Shown: positions 1 to 10,332, counted from the stretch's first letter. The stretch is DNA of 64,000 nt from Fibrobacter sp. (GCA_017965445.1 JAGCPZ010000025.1:41782-105781), one strand, 5' to 3'. The notes: generated by a model from the letters alone, not told the origin. Numbers and translations are program-made.

Positions 1-1284
1 GGCGATATTCTCTATCGTTAATGCATAATAAAGTTCTTTGCCCCATTCTTTATACAAAAGGTATCCATAGCCCCAGAGATGATAGAAAGTACCACCGCTC
101 GGAACGGCCGACAGTACTTTCAAGTTATGGGAACGGGCATCAACGCCATTCCCCTTGTCTTCATACACAGGCCTTGGTTCGCTCCAGTCATAACCATAAT
201 TGTACGAGAGTTTTCCGCTTTCAGACGCAGCAAGGACTCCACCTTGCGGAAGAGCCAGAAGTTCATAGGCACCGCCTACCGCAAATGGAGCGTATTCCGA
301 CAAATCCGAAATTTTCTTGCCATCATAGTAGAAAACACTTTGAGGCCCAGCCAAAATAGCCTTGCCGGAAGGGAGCAGAGAAATCCACTGCACCTTCGAT
401 TCGTAATAATACCGATCAATAACCAATTTATCATCAACTTTCTTATAAACTGGAATTTTTTCATACAGGATTGAATCCGTCAACGTTTTCCCGCGAACCA
501 CGACCAACGCTGCCGACCTGACATCGGACGTCGTATCGAGAACAGCCTGAGTCAGGCCATCCTTGTCCCAGATTCGCGTTCCTTCAGTAGAAAACGTCTT
601 GATTTTTCCATCTTTCCAAGCGATTGCCTTAATAATCTTACCATTGTTGGAAGCGCCCTTGACAACCTTCCAGGAATGCGGATCGTTCAGCAAGACATCG
701 GATGCCAGATTACGCCAGTCCATCTTGCGTACGTAAAGAAGGGAATCCACAGCGACAAATAACGAATCCCCGCGAACGTCCATAGCACGGACATGGCTAG
801 AAGACAGATTCGCATTCGCAATCCTTTCGATAGTAAGGATAGAAGTCATGGTCTTCACACTCAGGAACGAGAGACGGTCTTCAAAGGCTATAACCATGAC
901 AGAACCGCTACCGGAACCGCCAAAACGGACCATGCCAGGAATCACATGCACGTTGTTTCCGGCATAAGACCGGCTAACCACTTCCCACTTCCGACCGACC
1001 ATCGCCGAAACGATACCATTATCGCTCACGGCAAAAGCACCAAGGCTATCGGAAATAACCACGGCACTGACGGACTGGTCGCCCAGGCCATTCGCCGTCG
1101 TATAAATATCGTCAGCAGTATTCGTCCTATAGCGAACACCGCCACCCGTCGCCATAAGCAGGCCATCACCATAAGGAATAGCCGATTTCACCGGAAACGG
1201 ACTTGAGAAATTGATCCATTCATCAACGGCAAATGCCGACGTGAAAAAAGAGAGAATACAAATAAGCTTGATTAGTAATTTCAC
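1..1284 (-). CDS. Secreted beta-propeller protein, PorZ-like / two-component-regulator-propeller type (5' part; runs off the window edge)
   Basis: Absent from the ORF track because it has no stop in the window. Manual translation from GTG at 1284 is open to base 1: MKLLIKLICILSFFTSAFAVDEWINFSSPFPVKSAIPYGDGLLMATGGGVRYRTNTADDIYTTANGLGDQSVSAV. Signal peptide plus ATGGG and YTTANGL..SV propeller-blade motifs. Confidence 0.65.
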   Translation of the reverse strand, partial: MKLLIKLICILSFFTSAFAVDEWINFSSPFPVKSAIPYGDGLLMATGGGVRYRTNTADDIYTTANGLGDQSVSAVVISDSLGAFAVSDNGIVSAMVGRKWEVVSRSYAGNNVHVIPGMVRFGGSGSGSVMVIAFEDRLSFLSVKTMTSILTIERIANANLSSSHVRAMDVRGDSLFVAVDSLLYVRKMDWRNLASDVLLNDPHSWKVVKGASNNGKIIKAIAWKDGKIKTFSTEGTRIWDKDGLTQAVLDTTSDVRSAALVVVRGKTLTDSILYEKIPVYKKVDDKLVIDRYYYESKVQWISLLPSGKAILAGPQSVFYYDGKKISDLSEYAPFAVGGAYELLALPQGGVLAASESGKLSYNYGYDWSEPRPVYEDKGNGVDARSHNLKVLSAVPSGGTFYHLWGYGYLLYKEWGKELYYALTIENIA

Positions 1285-1313
1285 AACATAAAATTACAAA
1301 AAAAAAGAATTTT

Positions 1314-1925
1314 TTATTTAGGGCTCCCGATAATTTCACTCAATGAAGCGTCCCTCCCCCAAAACGTCCTATAATTTTCCCTCTGCGCCATCATTTTTAG
1401 CTTCATTTTTTCAAATGCCTCATTTCGACGAGCAATGATATTCACCTTAGAAAGTCCAATCAGTCGGCTCAAGTCGCGAATGCCGATGTCACCCACCACC
1501 GAAAGTTCCACAATCATCCTCTCAAGCGGATTCAGTTCGTCCAGCAGTAGCGAGAATTCGTTCATGAGCGCTTCTGGGCTTATCTTTTCGTCGGGAACCA
1601 CGAACTTCACAGTTTCCATGTCGTCATAGTCACATACGTGTTCATGCAGGCTCGATAGCGGTACCATCCTGTCCATCTTTTTTCGGTAAATGCTATAATG
1701 GCAGTTCAACAACACCGTCTGAAACCAAGCGTATAAACCCTTCTTGTTGTTCAGTTCCTTCGCTTTTTTACAAAAACGGAGCGCAACCTCCTGAAACAGG
1801 TCTTCCGCATCCTCCTTTGACGCACACTTCTGCAAGCACAATTTGTATATTCTGTAGGAATATTTTTTCCAAACAGAACCAACCCAACTAGGGGGACGGT
1901 CACAAGGGAATTCCGTATATGACAT
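1314..1925 (-). CDS. ECF (sigma-70 group 4) RNA polymerase sigma factor
   Basis: Region 2 motif DAEDLFQEV...LYAWFQTV; region 4 LDELNPLERMIVEL...IRDLSRLIGLS HTH. Confidence 0.85.
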   Translation of the reverse strand: MSYTEFPCDRPPSWVGSVWKKYSYRIYKLCLQKCASKEDAEDLFQEVALRFCKKAKELNNKKGLYAWFQTVLLNCHYSIYRKKMDRMVPLSSLHEHVCDYDDMETVKFVVPDEKISPEALMNEFSLLLDELNPLERMIVELSVVGDIGIRDLSRLIGLSKVNIIARRNEAFEKMKLKMMAQRENYRTFWGRDASLSEIIGSPK

Positions 1926-1975
1926 AATTTTTTTTGTTTCCAGTATTTTCTACTTCCTATAACGAGCTTTAATTT

Positions 1976-3862
1976 ATGAAAATTTTAAATAAATTTATAG
2001 ATTTTGCAAATTTTGCAAACAACCGTTTGCAAAAAGCGTCATTTTGCATTTTATGGTTTGCAGCGGTAGCCTTTTCGCAAGAGTTCAACATGAACAATAT
2101 GCCCCCTCCCGAAGTGGGCATGCAGTATTCCGTAGGCGCCTTGCAAAAGGGTTCAAACGTTACCGTTGACATCGTCATTCCAGACAATTGGCACGTGAAC
2201 GCCAACATCGCCGCCGACGAATTTCTGAAGCCGTCCTCCATCGAGATTTCTGCAAAAGGCGTCCACTTTGGAGAGCCCAAGTGGCCAGAACCCATCAAGG
2301 AATACAGCGAGGCGCTTGACCTCGAAAACCTTGTTTTCAGGGGACATTTCCAAGTCGTGCTCCCCGTCGAAGGAGTCGATGCCGATTACGACAGCCTGAC
2401 GACACAGGCGACGTTCCATTACCAGGCCTGCGACAATTCCATTTGCCTCGCGCCTTCGCAAGTCACGTTCGGCTTGGGAGCCCTCGGCTTCAACAAAAAA
2501 AGTTCCATGCAGCCGGGATTAAAAAAAAACGATAATGAAACCGGTTCGAGCGAAGACGTTCCGCTAAACGGCCCTGCCAATGATTCACCTATGGAAGGCG
2601 GACTTGCCGGCACATTAGTTCTACTTTTGTCTGCACTGCTCGGTGGGTTAATTTTGAACCTCATGCCATGCGTTTTGCCAGTGCTCTCGCTCAAACTGTT
2701 TAGCCTCATCAAGCAGGCTGGCGAAAGCCGTGGACGTCTGCTTGCACTGGGAACATCCACAACGGTCGGCATCCTCGCCAGTTTCTGGTTGCTCGCGGCC
2801 ATCGTCGCCGCGGTCAAGGCGGGCGGCGGAAACGCCGGTTGGGGCATGCAGTTCCAGAGCGCAGGCTTTATCGCGTTCATGGTCGTCATCCTGAGCGCCT
2901 TTGCCATGAGCTTTTTCGGAGTCTTTGAAATCTGGCTTCCCGGAAGCGCCACCACCAAAATGGACAGTGCCGGACGCAAGCAGGGACTCGTCGGTGCATT
3001 TTTCACGGGAGCGCTCCTGGTACTCCTCAGCACGCCCTGCTCTGCACCGTTCCTCGGCACCGCCATGGGTTTTGCCTTCACCGCCTCGACACCAGTACTA
3101 TTCTTGTTCTTTACCGCAGCAGGCGTAGGGCTTGCTCTCCCCTACATGCTCGTGAGCGCATTCCCGAGCGTCCTGAAAGTTTTCCCGAAACCGGGCGCCT
3201 GGATGGTGACGCTCCAGAAGGTCATGGGCGTTCTGCTACTCGGCACAGTCGCATGGCTTTTGTGGGTCGTACGCGAACAGGCCGGCAACTACGGAGTCGC
3301 CATTTTCGCAGTCATTGCGTTCCTGAGCATCATTTTCAGTTTCGCCATCGGAAAAATCGCCCCGCCAGGAGTTTCATTTGTCCGTGAAGTCGCAGCCGTC
3401 GTTGGTTCTATCGTTTTGCTCGCTGCATTCTGGTTTGCATTCGCATCTCCAAAATACGAAGCCGAAGTCGATGCCATCTTCGAAGCAAAAGCAACGCAAT
3501 TAATCACAGAAGACGGCTGGTTCCGCTATACACCAGAACTTATCGATAACCTTGCCAAGTCTGGGCACACTGTGTTCATCGACGTGACCGCGGACTGGTG
3601 TCTCACCTGCAAGGCAAACGAGACGGCCATTTTGAACCGTGAAGATTTCCGCCGCGCCATGGACAGCCTGAAAGTCGCCCGCGTCAAGGCCGACTGGACC
3701 CGCGAAACACCCGAAGTCACCGCACTCCTCCGCAGCATGGGCAAGTCGGGAGTCCCCGCCTACGCCATCTACCCTGCAGGGGATGCAAGCAGGCAAATCG
3801 TGTTGCCGGAGCTACTGACCACCGGCGCGATTGTAGAGAAGATAGTAGGAAGTAGGAAGTAG
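1976..3862 (+). CDS. dsbD: Thiol:disulfide interchange protein DsbD (DsbD_N + transmembrane + thioredoxin domains)
   Basis: YQACDNSIC N-domain cysteines, LMPCVLPV and TPCSAPF membrane cysteines, TADWCLTCK thioredoxin motif. Start codon uncertain. Confidence 0.9.
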   Translation: MKILNKFIDFANFANNRLQKASFCILWFAAVAFSQEFNMNNMPPPEVGMQYSVGALQKGSNVTVDIVIPDNWHVNANIAADEFLKPSSIEISAKGVHFGEPKWPEPIKEYSEALDLENLVFRGHFQVVLPVEGVDADYDSLTTQATFHYQACDNSICLAPSQVTFGLGALGFNKKSSMQPGLKKNDNETGSSEDVPLNGPANDSPMEGGLAGTLVLLLSALLGGLILNLMPCVLPVLSLKLFSLIKQAGESRGRLLALGTSTTVGILASFWLLAAIVAAVKAGGGNAGWGMQFQSAGFIAFMVVILSAFAMSFFGVFEIWLPGSATTKMDSAGRKQGLVGAFFTGALLVLLSTPCSAPFLGTAMGFAFTASTPVLFLFFTAAGVGLALPYMLVSAFPSVLKVFPKPGAWMVTLQKVMGVLLLGTVAWLLWVVREQAGNYGVAIFAVIAFLSIIFSFAIGKIAPPGVSFVREVAAVVGSIVLLAAFWFAFASPKYEAEVDAIFEAKATQLITEDGWFRYTPELIDNLAKSGHTVFIDVTADWCLTCKANETAILNREDFRRAMDSLKVARVKADWTRETPEVTALLRSMGKSGVPAYAIYPAGDASRQIVLPELLTTGAIVEKIVGSRK

Positions 3863-3871
3863 GAAGTAGGC
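3844..3871 (+). repeat. Heptamer tandem array (AGTAGGA)3-AGTAGGC overlapping the dsbD stop codon
   Basis: Read directly; TAG at 3860-3862 lies inside the array. Confidence 0.9.
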
Positions 3872-3997
3872 GGCAGGCCGTTCACTGAGCCCGCCCCAGG
3901 CTTGTTCACTTTGACCAATTACAGTTGACGCTTCGCATCAGCAATTTTGGCTCAATCATATCAATTTATTTTTCAATTACTAGCATTTCTGAATACG

Positions 3998-4023
3998 AAA
4001 AAGGTGGCTTCGGGCCACCTTTT
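3998..4023. terminator. Bidirectional intrinsic terminator between convergent dsbD and glgA
   Basis: AAAAAGGTGGC-TTCGG-GCCACCTTTT hairpin flanked by A and T tracts. Confidence 0.75.
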
Positions 4024-4042
4024 GATTTTATAAAAATAAGCT

Positions 4043-5275
4043 CTAGACTCGTTTGCCTTCGCGCTTGTAGCGTTCGATGCATTCGGCGTAGAAATCGAAA
4101 GTCTGCTTCGCGATGGTTTTCCAGCTGAACACGTCAATAGCACGCTTGCGGCTGACTTCGCCCATCTTTTTCGCGAGTTCCGGGTTTTCGAGAATCTTGT
4201 TAAGTTTGTGCGCAAAATCCGTCTGGAAGGCCTTCGGGTCAGCCGGTTCAAAGTTCGTCGCGGACACGGCCTTGAGCGGCACGAGGTAACCCGTTTCGCC
4301 ATCGACGATGATTTCCGGGATGCCACCGACAGCACTGCCCACGACCGGCGTTCCGCAGCTCATGGCTTCGAGGTTGATGATGCCGAACGGTTCGTAAAGC
4401 GAAGGTGTCGCAAACACAGTCGCATGGCTGTAGAGCACGCGCAGTTCCGTATGTGGCACGGCATCCTGAATCCAGACAACGCCATCACGCGTCGCTTGAA
4501 CCTTTTCAATCAAGTGCTTGCATTCGTCCGCAAGTTCCTGTGTGTCCGGGGCACCGGCGCAAAGCACCACCTGGGCGTTCTTGTCAATTTGCGGAATCGC
4601 CTGAATCAGCTGACTGATGCCTTTCTGGCGCGTAATGCGGCCCACGAAAAGCACATACGGGCGCTTCGGATCCACGCCCCACTTCTTCAAAATTTCTTCG
4701 TCGAACGTCGGCTTGTAAAAATCCGGATCGATGCCGTTGTAGATAACTTTCACGCGGTCTTCCGGCACTCCATACAACTTCATCACATCGCGTTTCATGC
4801 CTTCGCTCACGGCAATCACGCCATCTGCGGCTTCGTACGCCGTGCGTTCAATCCAGCAACTCATGTTATAGCCACCATCGCCGAGCTGTTCCGCTTTCCA
4901 CGGACGGTGCGGTTCCAAGGAATGCGTCGTGAGAATCAGCGGGCACTGCAACAAACGGCTCGCCACCACGCCACCAAAATGGCTGTACCACGTATGGCAA
5001 TGAATCACGTCGATATCCTTGAGCGAAGACATCCACTGGAGATTGATGTCCAGCGGCTTCAGGATTTTCTTAAAGCGTTCGTCAGCCGGATTGCTATCCA
5101 GCTTCTGGCTAAAGCCAATCGCGCGGATGTTGTTCGCATCATCGTTCTGCGGGCCAAAGCAGCGCGCTTCGATGTGGCAGAGCTTGGAAAGTTCCTGGCT
5201 GAGAAATTTGACGTGGATTCCTGCACCGCCGTAAATTTCTGGCGGAAACTCGTTAGTAAGAATAGCAGCGTTCAT
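4043..5275 (-). CDS. glgA: GT4 glycogen synthase, actinobacterial GlgA/GlgM type
   Basis: LTNEFPPEIYGGAGIHV, HCHTWYS, THSLEPHRPWKAEQLG, PSLYEPFGIINLEAM. Confidence 0.88.
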   Translation of the reverse strand: MNAAILTNEFPPEIYGGAGIHVKFLSQELSKLCHIEARCFGPQNDDANNIRAIGFSQKLDSNPADERFKKILKPLDINLQWMSSLKDIDVIHCHTWYSHFGGVVASRLLQCPLILTTHSLEPHRPWKAEQLGDGGYNMSCWIERTAYEAADGVIAVSEGMKRDVMKLYGVPEDRVKVIYNGIDPDFYKPTFDEEILKKWGVDPKRPYVLFVGRITRQKGISQLIQAIPQIDKNAQVVLCAGAPDTQELADECKHLIEKVQATRDGVVWIQDAVPHTELRVLYSHATVFATPSLYEPFGIINLEAMSCGTPVVGSAVGGIPEIIVDGETGYLVPLKAVSATNFEPADPKAFQTDFAHKLNKILENPELAKKMGEVSRKRAIDVFSWKTIAKQTFDFYAECIERYKREGKRV

Positions 5276-5415
5276 TATTCAGTAAACAGTGGTTAGTGGT
5301 TAATAAACTGCGGATAAGAAGAATATCCGCAAACTGTTTCCGCAGACAATATTAAAAATTTACACAGCGAAATTCAATAGGTTTGCCGTATCGAAACATT
5401 GATTTGTCTCTTTCG

Positions 5416-6711
5416 TCACTTTACAAATTCTTGTGTTTTTTCAATTGCGCGCACAATCCTTGCCGGGACACCGTTCTGTTTGGCTAATTTTGGCCACTGA
5501 TGCACGGCTTCCTCGACTTCGGCGATAATTTTCTTGTAGCGCCCTTGCTTGAGCCCTGCAAATTTCGCAACCGCCTTGAAATCATCAAGCGTAAATCCAC
5601 CACGTTTGCCGTTAAAAGTCATCTGGTGTGAACCCGTCCACGCGCCTTCCGGATTGTAGGCGTAAGTCATGTCGAACGCCGGCGCCAACGACCACACACC
5701 GCGCTTGTCCATGAGGAACCCGATATTTTTCGCATGGTCATCCTGATTTCTCGCACAGATGTTGAACACCGCACGGCGATACATCTGTTCAAGCGCTTCA
5801 TAGCCCAAACCAAGACGCTTGACAACGTCTAACGCCTGCTCGTAACTATAGGCTCCGGGCATGTTAAAATCGTAATGGGCAATGCCGCAAAGGGACTGGT
5901 AATGCAGCTTCTTTCCGCCATACAAACGGTCAAACCGCCGAGTCATAAAATGCCTATGGCCGCAGCATTCGTAAAGTTTGCATTCCGTCATGTCGATGCC
6001 AGCATCCTTCACCATCTGCGAATACGTATATTCGATGGCGCCGTAGCCGAACATGTCCGCAGATTCCTTGTCGCTATTGTTTTCCACATCGTCAAGCTTC
6101 AACAGCCAATAGCCGAAATCGGGCGATGCCACCACCTGCCCCGAGCGAATCTCGCCCGTCTTTTCGTTGTACGCCACAAGAATTTTTGCACGAGCGCCTC
6201 CCGCTGACGTCCCCACCCGAAGAATATCCTCAAAAGACTTTTGATTTTTCTTGCTGAGAAGCTTCGTCGAAAAACTCTTGCGCTGATTCAAAACCTCGGC
6301 TGCAAAAGACCTCAAGTTTTCCACATCCAAGGATTCATCTGCTGTCGAATCGGGGCCTTGCAGCGGCAAAAATTCCAACGCCCCCATGCCGCGGTTCCCC
6401 GTGTAACAAAGACGCTCAAGCGCAGTAAAACTTTCAGGATTGCGTCCTTGGCGCATCAGCCAGGAGTCTATGACCTTGTTGCCAAACTTGTCTGGCAAAG
6501 AGTCCGCGAATAGCCCCGGCAATCCATGAAAAGTCCGCGAAAGCTGCGGGAACGAATAAATCCGCTTGGACACAGGCATAATGATTGGCGAAGGTTCCAC
6601 ACCCGCCTCGAGAAAACCGGGAGCATATTCAAATCGGGCAACCTGCTCCCCCTCGACCATCGAAAGGGCACCAATAGTCGTTCCCCAAAGTTTAACTTCT
6701 ACCGCAATCAT
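5416..6711 (-). CDS. hipA: HipA-family serine/threonine kinase toxin
   Basis: N-terminal HipA-coupling domain (FADSLPDKFG), P-loop GTSAGGARAK, catalytic RNQDDHAKN, LAPAFDM. Confidence 0.92.
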   Translation of the reverse strand: MIAVEVKLWGTTIGALSMVEGEQVARFEYAPGFLEAGVEPSPIIMPVSKRIYSFPQLSRTFHGLPGLFADSLPDKFGNKVIDSWLMRQGRNPESFTALERLCYTGNRGMGALEFLPLQGPDSTADESLDVENLRSFAAEVLNQRKSFSTKLLSKKNQKSFEDILRVGTSAGGARAKILVAYNEKTGEIRSGQVVASPDFGYWLLKLDDVENNSDKESADMFGYGAIEYTYSQMVKDAGIDMTECKLYECCGHRHFMTRRFDRLYGGKKLHYQSLCGIAHYDFNMPGAYSYEQALDVVKRLGLGYEALEQMYRRAVFNICARNQDDHAKNIGFLMDKRGVWSLAPAFDMTYAYNPEGAWTGSHQMTFNGKRGGFTLDDFKAVAKFAGLKQGRYKKIIAEVEEAVHQWPKLAKQNGVPARIVRAIEKTQEFVK

Positions 6712-6720
6712 CTCTTACCG

Positions 6721-7149
6721 TCACTTGTCCTCGTCCCACACCCAAGCATTTTTACGGGCTTGCCCGTTTTCATCTACTGTGTCTTTGCCAACTAAATAAT
6801 CCGCGGAATTATCCGAAACCATATTGACATCGTCCACCCTTTTTCTTGACGTTCTTGCACGACGACGAGTTTTCATTTTCCCCATGTACAAAAGTTGCAT
6901 AGGAGAAGGGGAATCGTCCGGAAAAATGTTCAGGAATACATCCAAGGCCCCGCAAGCTCGTAACACCTTGACCAAATTCAGAACCTGGACAGATTCGCCT
7001 CGTTCAACGCGTTCTACGGTTCCCTTGCCCACCCCAGCCTTTTGAGCGAGATCGGCCTGAGTCCAATTGTTCCTAACACGGAATGCCGCCATGCGTTTTC
7101 CAAAAAAGGCAAGAGCCGCTTCGTCTGTCTGTGCAGAATACATTACCAT
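6721..7149 (-). CDS. XRE-family HTH antitoxin (HipB-like)
   Basis: WTQADLAQKAGVGKGTVERVERGE HTH; ends 9 nt upstream of hipA in the same orientation. Confidence 0.85.
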   Translation of the reverse strand: MVMYSAQTDEAALAFFGKRMAAFRVRNNWTQADLAQKAGVGKGTVERVERGESVQVLNLVKVLRACGALDVFLNIFPDDSPSPMQLLYMGKMKTRRRARTSRKRVDDVNMVSDNSADYLVGKDTVDENGQARKNAWVWDEDK

Positions 7150-7208
7150 AAATACGCCCTCTATCAGTATCTAATTTACAAAAATTTTCCTTAAAGTACA
7201 ACTTTTAT

Positions 7209-7267
7209 TTCTCTAAATTAACGTAATAATTTGAAGAATTGATAGTTTTCTCTTTAAATTAAGAGAA
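7209..7267. promoter_or_regulatory. Candidate autoregulatory operators of the hipBA-like operon
   Basis: Inverted repeats TTCTCTT-N6-AAGAGAA (7248-7267) and TTCTCTAAATTA-N6-TAATTTGAAGAA (7209-7238) upstream of the HTH gene. Confidence 0.45.
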
Positions 7268-7383
7268 TTAAAAAATTACATTCTAGCGTAAATGACTCCT
7301 TTCACAGCGCTAACAGCAAAAAAACACCCCGACCCATACGGGTCGAGGCGCTTGGTGTTTGGAGTGTTTAATGACAGTTTATA

Positions 7384-8697
7384 TTAGAAGTTCTTGCACT
7401 GGCCTTTCCAGCGACCACGCTCGCCAAGAATTTCGCCATTGATATAGCGACCGCTCGAACCGACAAAGTCATCCTTGCGGAAGTCTTCGCCACCGAGGTG
7501 CCAACGCATCCAGGCAACCGTTGCAGCCATGCCGCCCCACGGACCAGAACCATGGCCCCAGCCGCATTCGCCCTGCTGGCATTCATTGCCCTGGCCGCCC
7601 GTCATCTTGATGAGGCATGCCGGAACCTTGACGCCGGGATTGTTGTAGTCGGCTTCGGCGTTCGGGCGTTCCATGCCGCCTTCGCCATACACGATACCGA
7701 TTGTTTTGCCCTGCGGAACTTGAGACATTGCAGTATGTCCAAGGTCACCGCTGTTGTTGAGCATGGCGGTAATAACGCGCTTGTCTTGAATGACCATTTG
7801 TTCGGATTCGAGTCCGCCCATAGAGTGCCCAGAACAGCCAACAACATTCATGTCAAGTTTCTGGTACAAAGGATCGTTCGGATCGTTATTCTTCTTTGCA
7901 AGCCAATCGAGAGCGGGCTTGCCCTGCGAAGCATTACCCGGAGATTCGCGGAGTGCAATCACGACGAAGCCATGAGAAGCGAGACGACGGATCATTCCAC
8001 CGTATGCACCCGGTTCCGTGCCGCCACCCGGCCCCCACACGACAATGCCATGCTTTTGGGTCGTAGAAAGCTGTTCCGGATAAGCAAGGATTCCACCGCC
8101 ATCGTGGCCGGTGCGTTCAATGTACTTGACTCGCATCTGGTCCTTCGTTTCGTCCTTGCCTTCGGCGAGGAAGATTCCTGCCGGTTTCGGAGCTTCGCTG
8201 GAAGAAGATTCAACAGCCTTTTCGCTAGAGCTGGAAGCTGGAGCCGCAGCACTGGAAGCAGGCGTGGTAGCGCTCGATGCCGGAGCTGCAACACTGCTGG
8301 ATTCCGGATTCGGCGTGACTGTCGCACTGGATGTAGGCGTCACAGCAGCACTGGATTCCGGATTTGGCGTTACACTGGCGCTAGATTCAGGCGTCGTAAC
8401 TACTGCGGCACTGGATGTCGGAAGCGGATTTGTTCCAGGACCACAAGCATCGGGCAAACTGGACGCCAAACAAGATTCGTCGCCACCCGCTTGCTGATTG
8501 GTTTCGCCACCCTGCTGAACCGTTTCGCTAGAAGCCGGCAGTGCAGAACCCGCAGATTCTGGCGAAACAACTTCGCCAGCGCTGGACGAAAGACCCGTTG
8601 CATAATCGTTTATCGCAGATGTGACAGCATCATCACCGCAATTCAGGAAGACCAGCGAACTGGCCAATACCATCGTTTTTAAGAGTTTAGATTTCAT
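7384..8697 (-). CDS. Lipoprotein alpha/beta-hydrolase (cutinase/chlorophyllase-like esterase), paralog 3
   Basis: Lipobox-like FLNC, Ser/Ala/Pro-rich linker, RLASHGFVVIA, nucleophile elbow GCSGHSMGG, GHGSG. Confidence 0.8.
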   Translation of the reverse strand: MKSKLLKTMVLASSLVFLNCGDDAVTSAINDYATGLSSSAGEVVSPESAGSALPASSETVQQGGETNQQAGGDESCLASSLPDACGPGTNPLPTSSAAVVTTPESSASVTPNPESSAAVTPTSSATVTPNPESSSVAAPASSATTPASSAAAPASSSSEKAVESSSSEAPKPAGIFLAEGKDETKDQMRVKYIERTGHDGGGILAYPEQLSTTQKHGIVVWGPGGGTEPGAYGGMIRRLASHGFVVIALRESPGNASQGKPALDWLAKKNNDPNDPLYQKLDMNVVGCSGHSMGGLESEQMVIQDKRVITAMLNNSGDLGHTAMSQVPQGKTIGIVYGEGGMERPNAEADYNNPGVKVPACLIKMTGGQGNECQQGECGWGHGSGPWGGMAATVAWMRWHLGGEDFRKDDFVGSSGRYINGEILGERGRWKGQCKNF

Positions 8698-8774
8698 TTT
8701 GTTCTCCTATTAACCTTAACCTGACTAGAAATTACCTAAAAAAACTGTTGATTTACCACTGTTTAACCAAAGTC

Positions 8775-8792
8775 TTATGGACAAAAAATCCA
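8775..8792. promoter_or_regulatory. Conserved palindromic motif upstream of esterase paralog 3
   Basis: TTATGGACAAAAAATCCA; same motif at 10333 and 11711. Confidence 0.6.
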
Positions 8793-8940
8793 AAATAATT
8801 AATTTGTTTGTAATTAATTTTTATCTTAATTCGACCAGTTCACAACAATTCGCAAGAACGATGAAGAAAGCACAAAAAGAAACGCCTCGACTGAAACAAT
8901 CGAGACGCCTAGTTGTTGGAGTGTGGATATTGATTATAAA

Positions 8941-10242
8941 TTATTTAAAGTTCTTACACTGCGTTTTCCATTTTCCCTGCTTGCCGATGATGTTGCCATC
9001 AATGTACTTGCCGCTAGAACCCACAAAATCAGCCTTGCGGAAATCTTCGCCGCCCAGATGCCAACGCATCCAGGAAATCGTCGCGGCCATGCCGTCCCAA
9101 GAGCCGGAACCGTGACCGTAGCCACCTTCGCTATTACGCGGACCGCCCGTCATTTCGATAAGGCAAGCCGGAGCCTTCACGCCAGCGTTGTTGTAATCGT
9201 TCTTGGCGTTGTCTTTTTCCATGCCGACTTCGCCGAAGAGAATCGCAATCGTCCTGTCTGTTGCAACTTTGTTCGCACCGGCACCGTTCCAGTCGCCACT
9301 GTTATTGAGGAACGCCGTCAGAACGCGTTTGTCCTTGATGACAGCCTGTTCAGATTCCAGACCGCCCATGGAGTGCCCAGAACAGCCAACCGTATTCATG
9401 TCAAGCTTGCCAAAAAGCGGGCTATTCTGATCTTTGTTCTGTTTATCGAGCCAGTCAAGCGCCTTGATAGCTTGCGATGCATCGCCCGGAGATTCCTTGA
9501 GCGCAATCACCACGAAACCATGAGAAGCGAGACGACGGATCATGCCTTCATAAGCGCCAGGTTCAGTGCCGCCACCCGGCCCCCAAACCACAATGCCATG
9601 CTTTTGTGTCGAAGAAAGCTGTTTCGGATACGAGAGAATTCCACCGCCATCCCAGCCAGTGCGAGTCTTGTATTCCACCTGCATCTGGTCCTTTTCTTCT
9701 TCCTTACCGCTGGCGAGGAAAATGCCCTTCGGCGCTTCACTAGAAGACGAGACTGCAGTTTCTGCACTGGACTTCGGAGTTTCCACGCTGGAACTTGATT
9801 TTACGGATGCCGAACTTGTGGGCTTTGCAGTTTCGGAACTTGCAGGGTTTGCCACTTCAGCACTCGATGCAGGCACAGCCGCGCTAGAAGCCGGCGTAAC
9901 ATCGGCACTGGAAGCCGGGGTTGCGACATCTGCACTAGATGCAGGATTTGCTACATCCGCGCTCGATGTAGGAATTTGAGCGTCTGCACTCGAAGTCGGA
10001 AGCGGATTCGTCCCAGGCCCGCACGCATCAGGCAGGCTAGAAGCCAAGCAGGAATCATCCCAAGGGCCATTCGGATTAACCGAAGCCGAGCTCAATGCCG
10101 GATTAGCCGCATCGGAACTCGATGCGATACCCGGAAGACCGCCATTTTGATTGATATTTGGTGCTGTGAGGGCATCGTCCCCACAATTCATGAAGGCAAG
10201 GGAACTTGCCACAATCATGTATTTCAAGATTTTTGATTTCAT
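8941..10242 (-). CDS. Lipoprotein alpha/beta-hydrolase (cutinase/chlorophyllase-like esterase), paralog 2
   Basis: FMNC lipobox, PASSA-repeat linker, GCSGHSMGG; catalytic domain highly similar to both neighbours. Confidence 0.8.
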   Translation of the reverse strand: MKSKILKYMIVASSLAFMNCGDDALTAPNINQNGGLPGIASSSDAANPALSSASVNPNGPWDDSCLASSLPDACGPGTNPLPTSSADAQIPTSSADVANPASSADVATPASSADVTPASSAAVPASSAEVANPASSETAKPTSSASVKSSSSVETPKSSAETAVSSSSEAPKGIFLASGKEEEKDQMQVEYKTRTGWDGGGILSYPKQLSSTQKHGIVVWGPGGGTEPGAYEGMIRRLASHGFVVIALKESPGDASQAIKALDWLDKQNKDQNSPLFGKLDMNTVGCSGHSMGGLESEQAVIKDKRVLTAFLNNSGDWNGAGANKVATDRTIAILFGEVGMEKDNAKNDYNNAGVKAPACLIEMTGGPRNSEGGYGHGSGSWDGMAATISWMRWHLGGEDFRKADFVGSSGKYIDGNIIGKQGKWKTQCKNFK

Positions 10243-10332
10243 ATAGTACTCCTCTTAACCAAAACCTTGCACCCATGCACCATTTTTAAAATAAACAGAA
10301 AAAAAACACAAGACCTAGACGGAAAACAACTT

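Noticed and set aside
1298-2529. A/T homopolymers (A9 at 1298, T8 at 1928, A9 at 2521) as phase-variation switches
   Set aside because: Runs of this length are common in AT-rich spacers here, and the dsbD frame is intact
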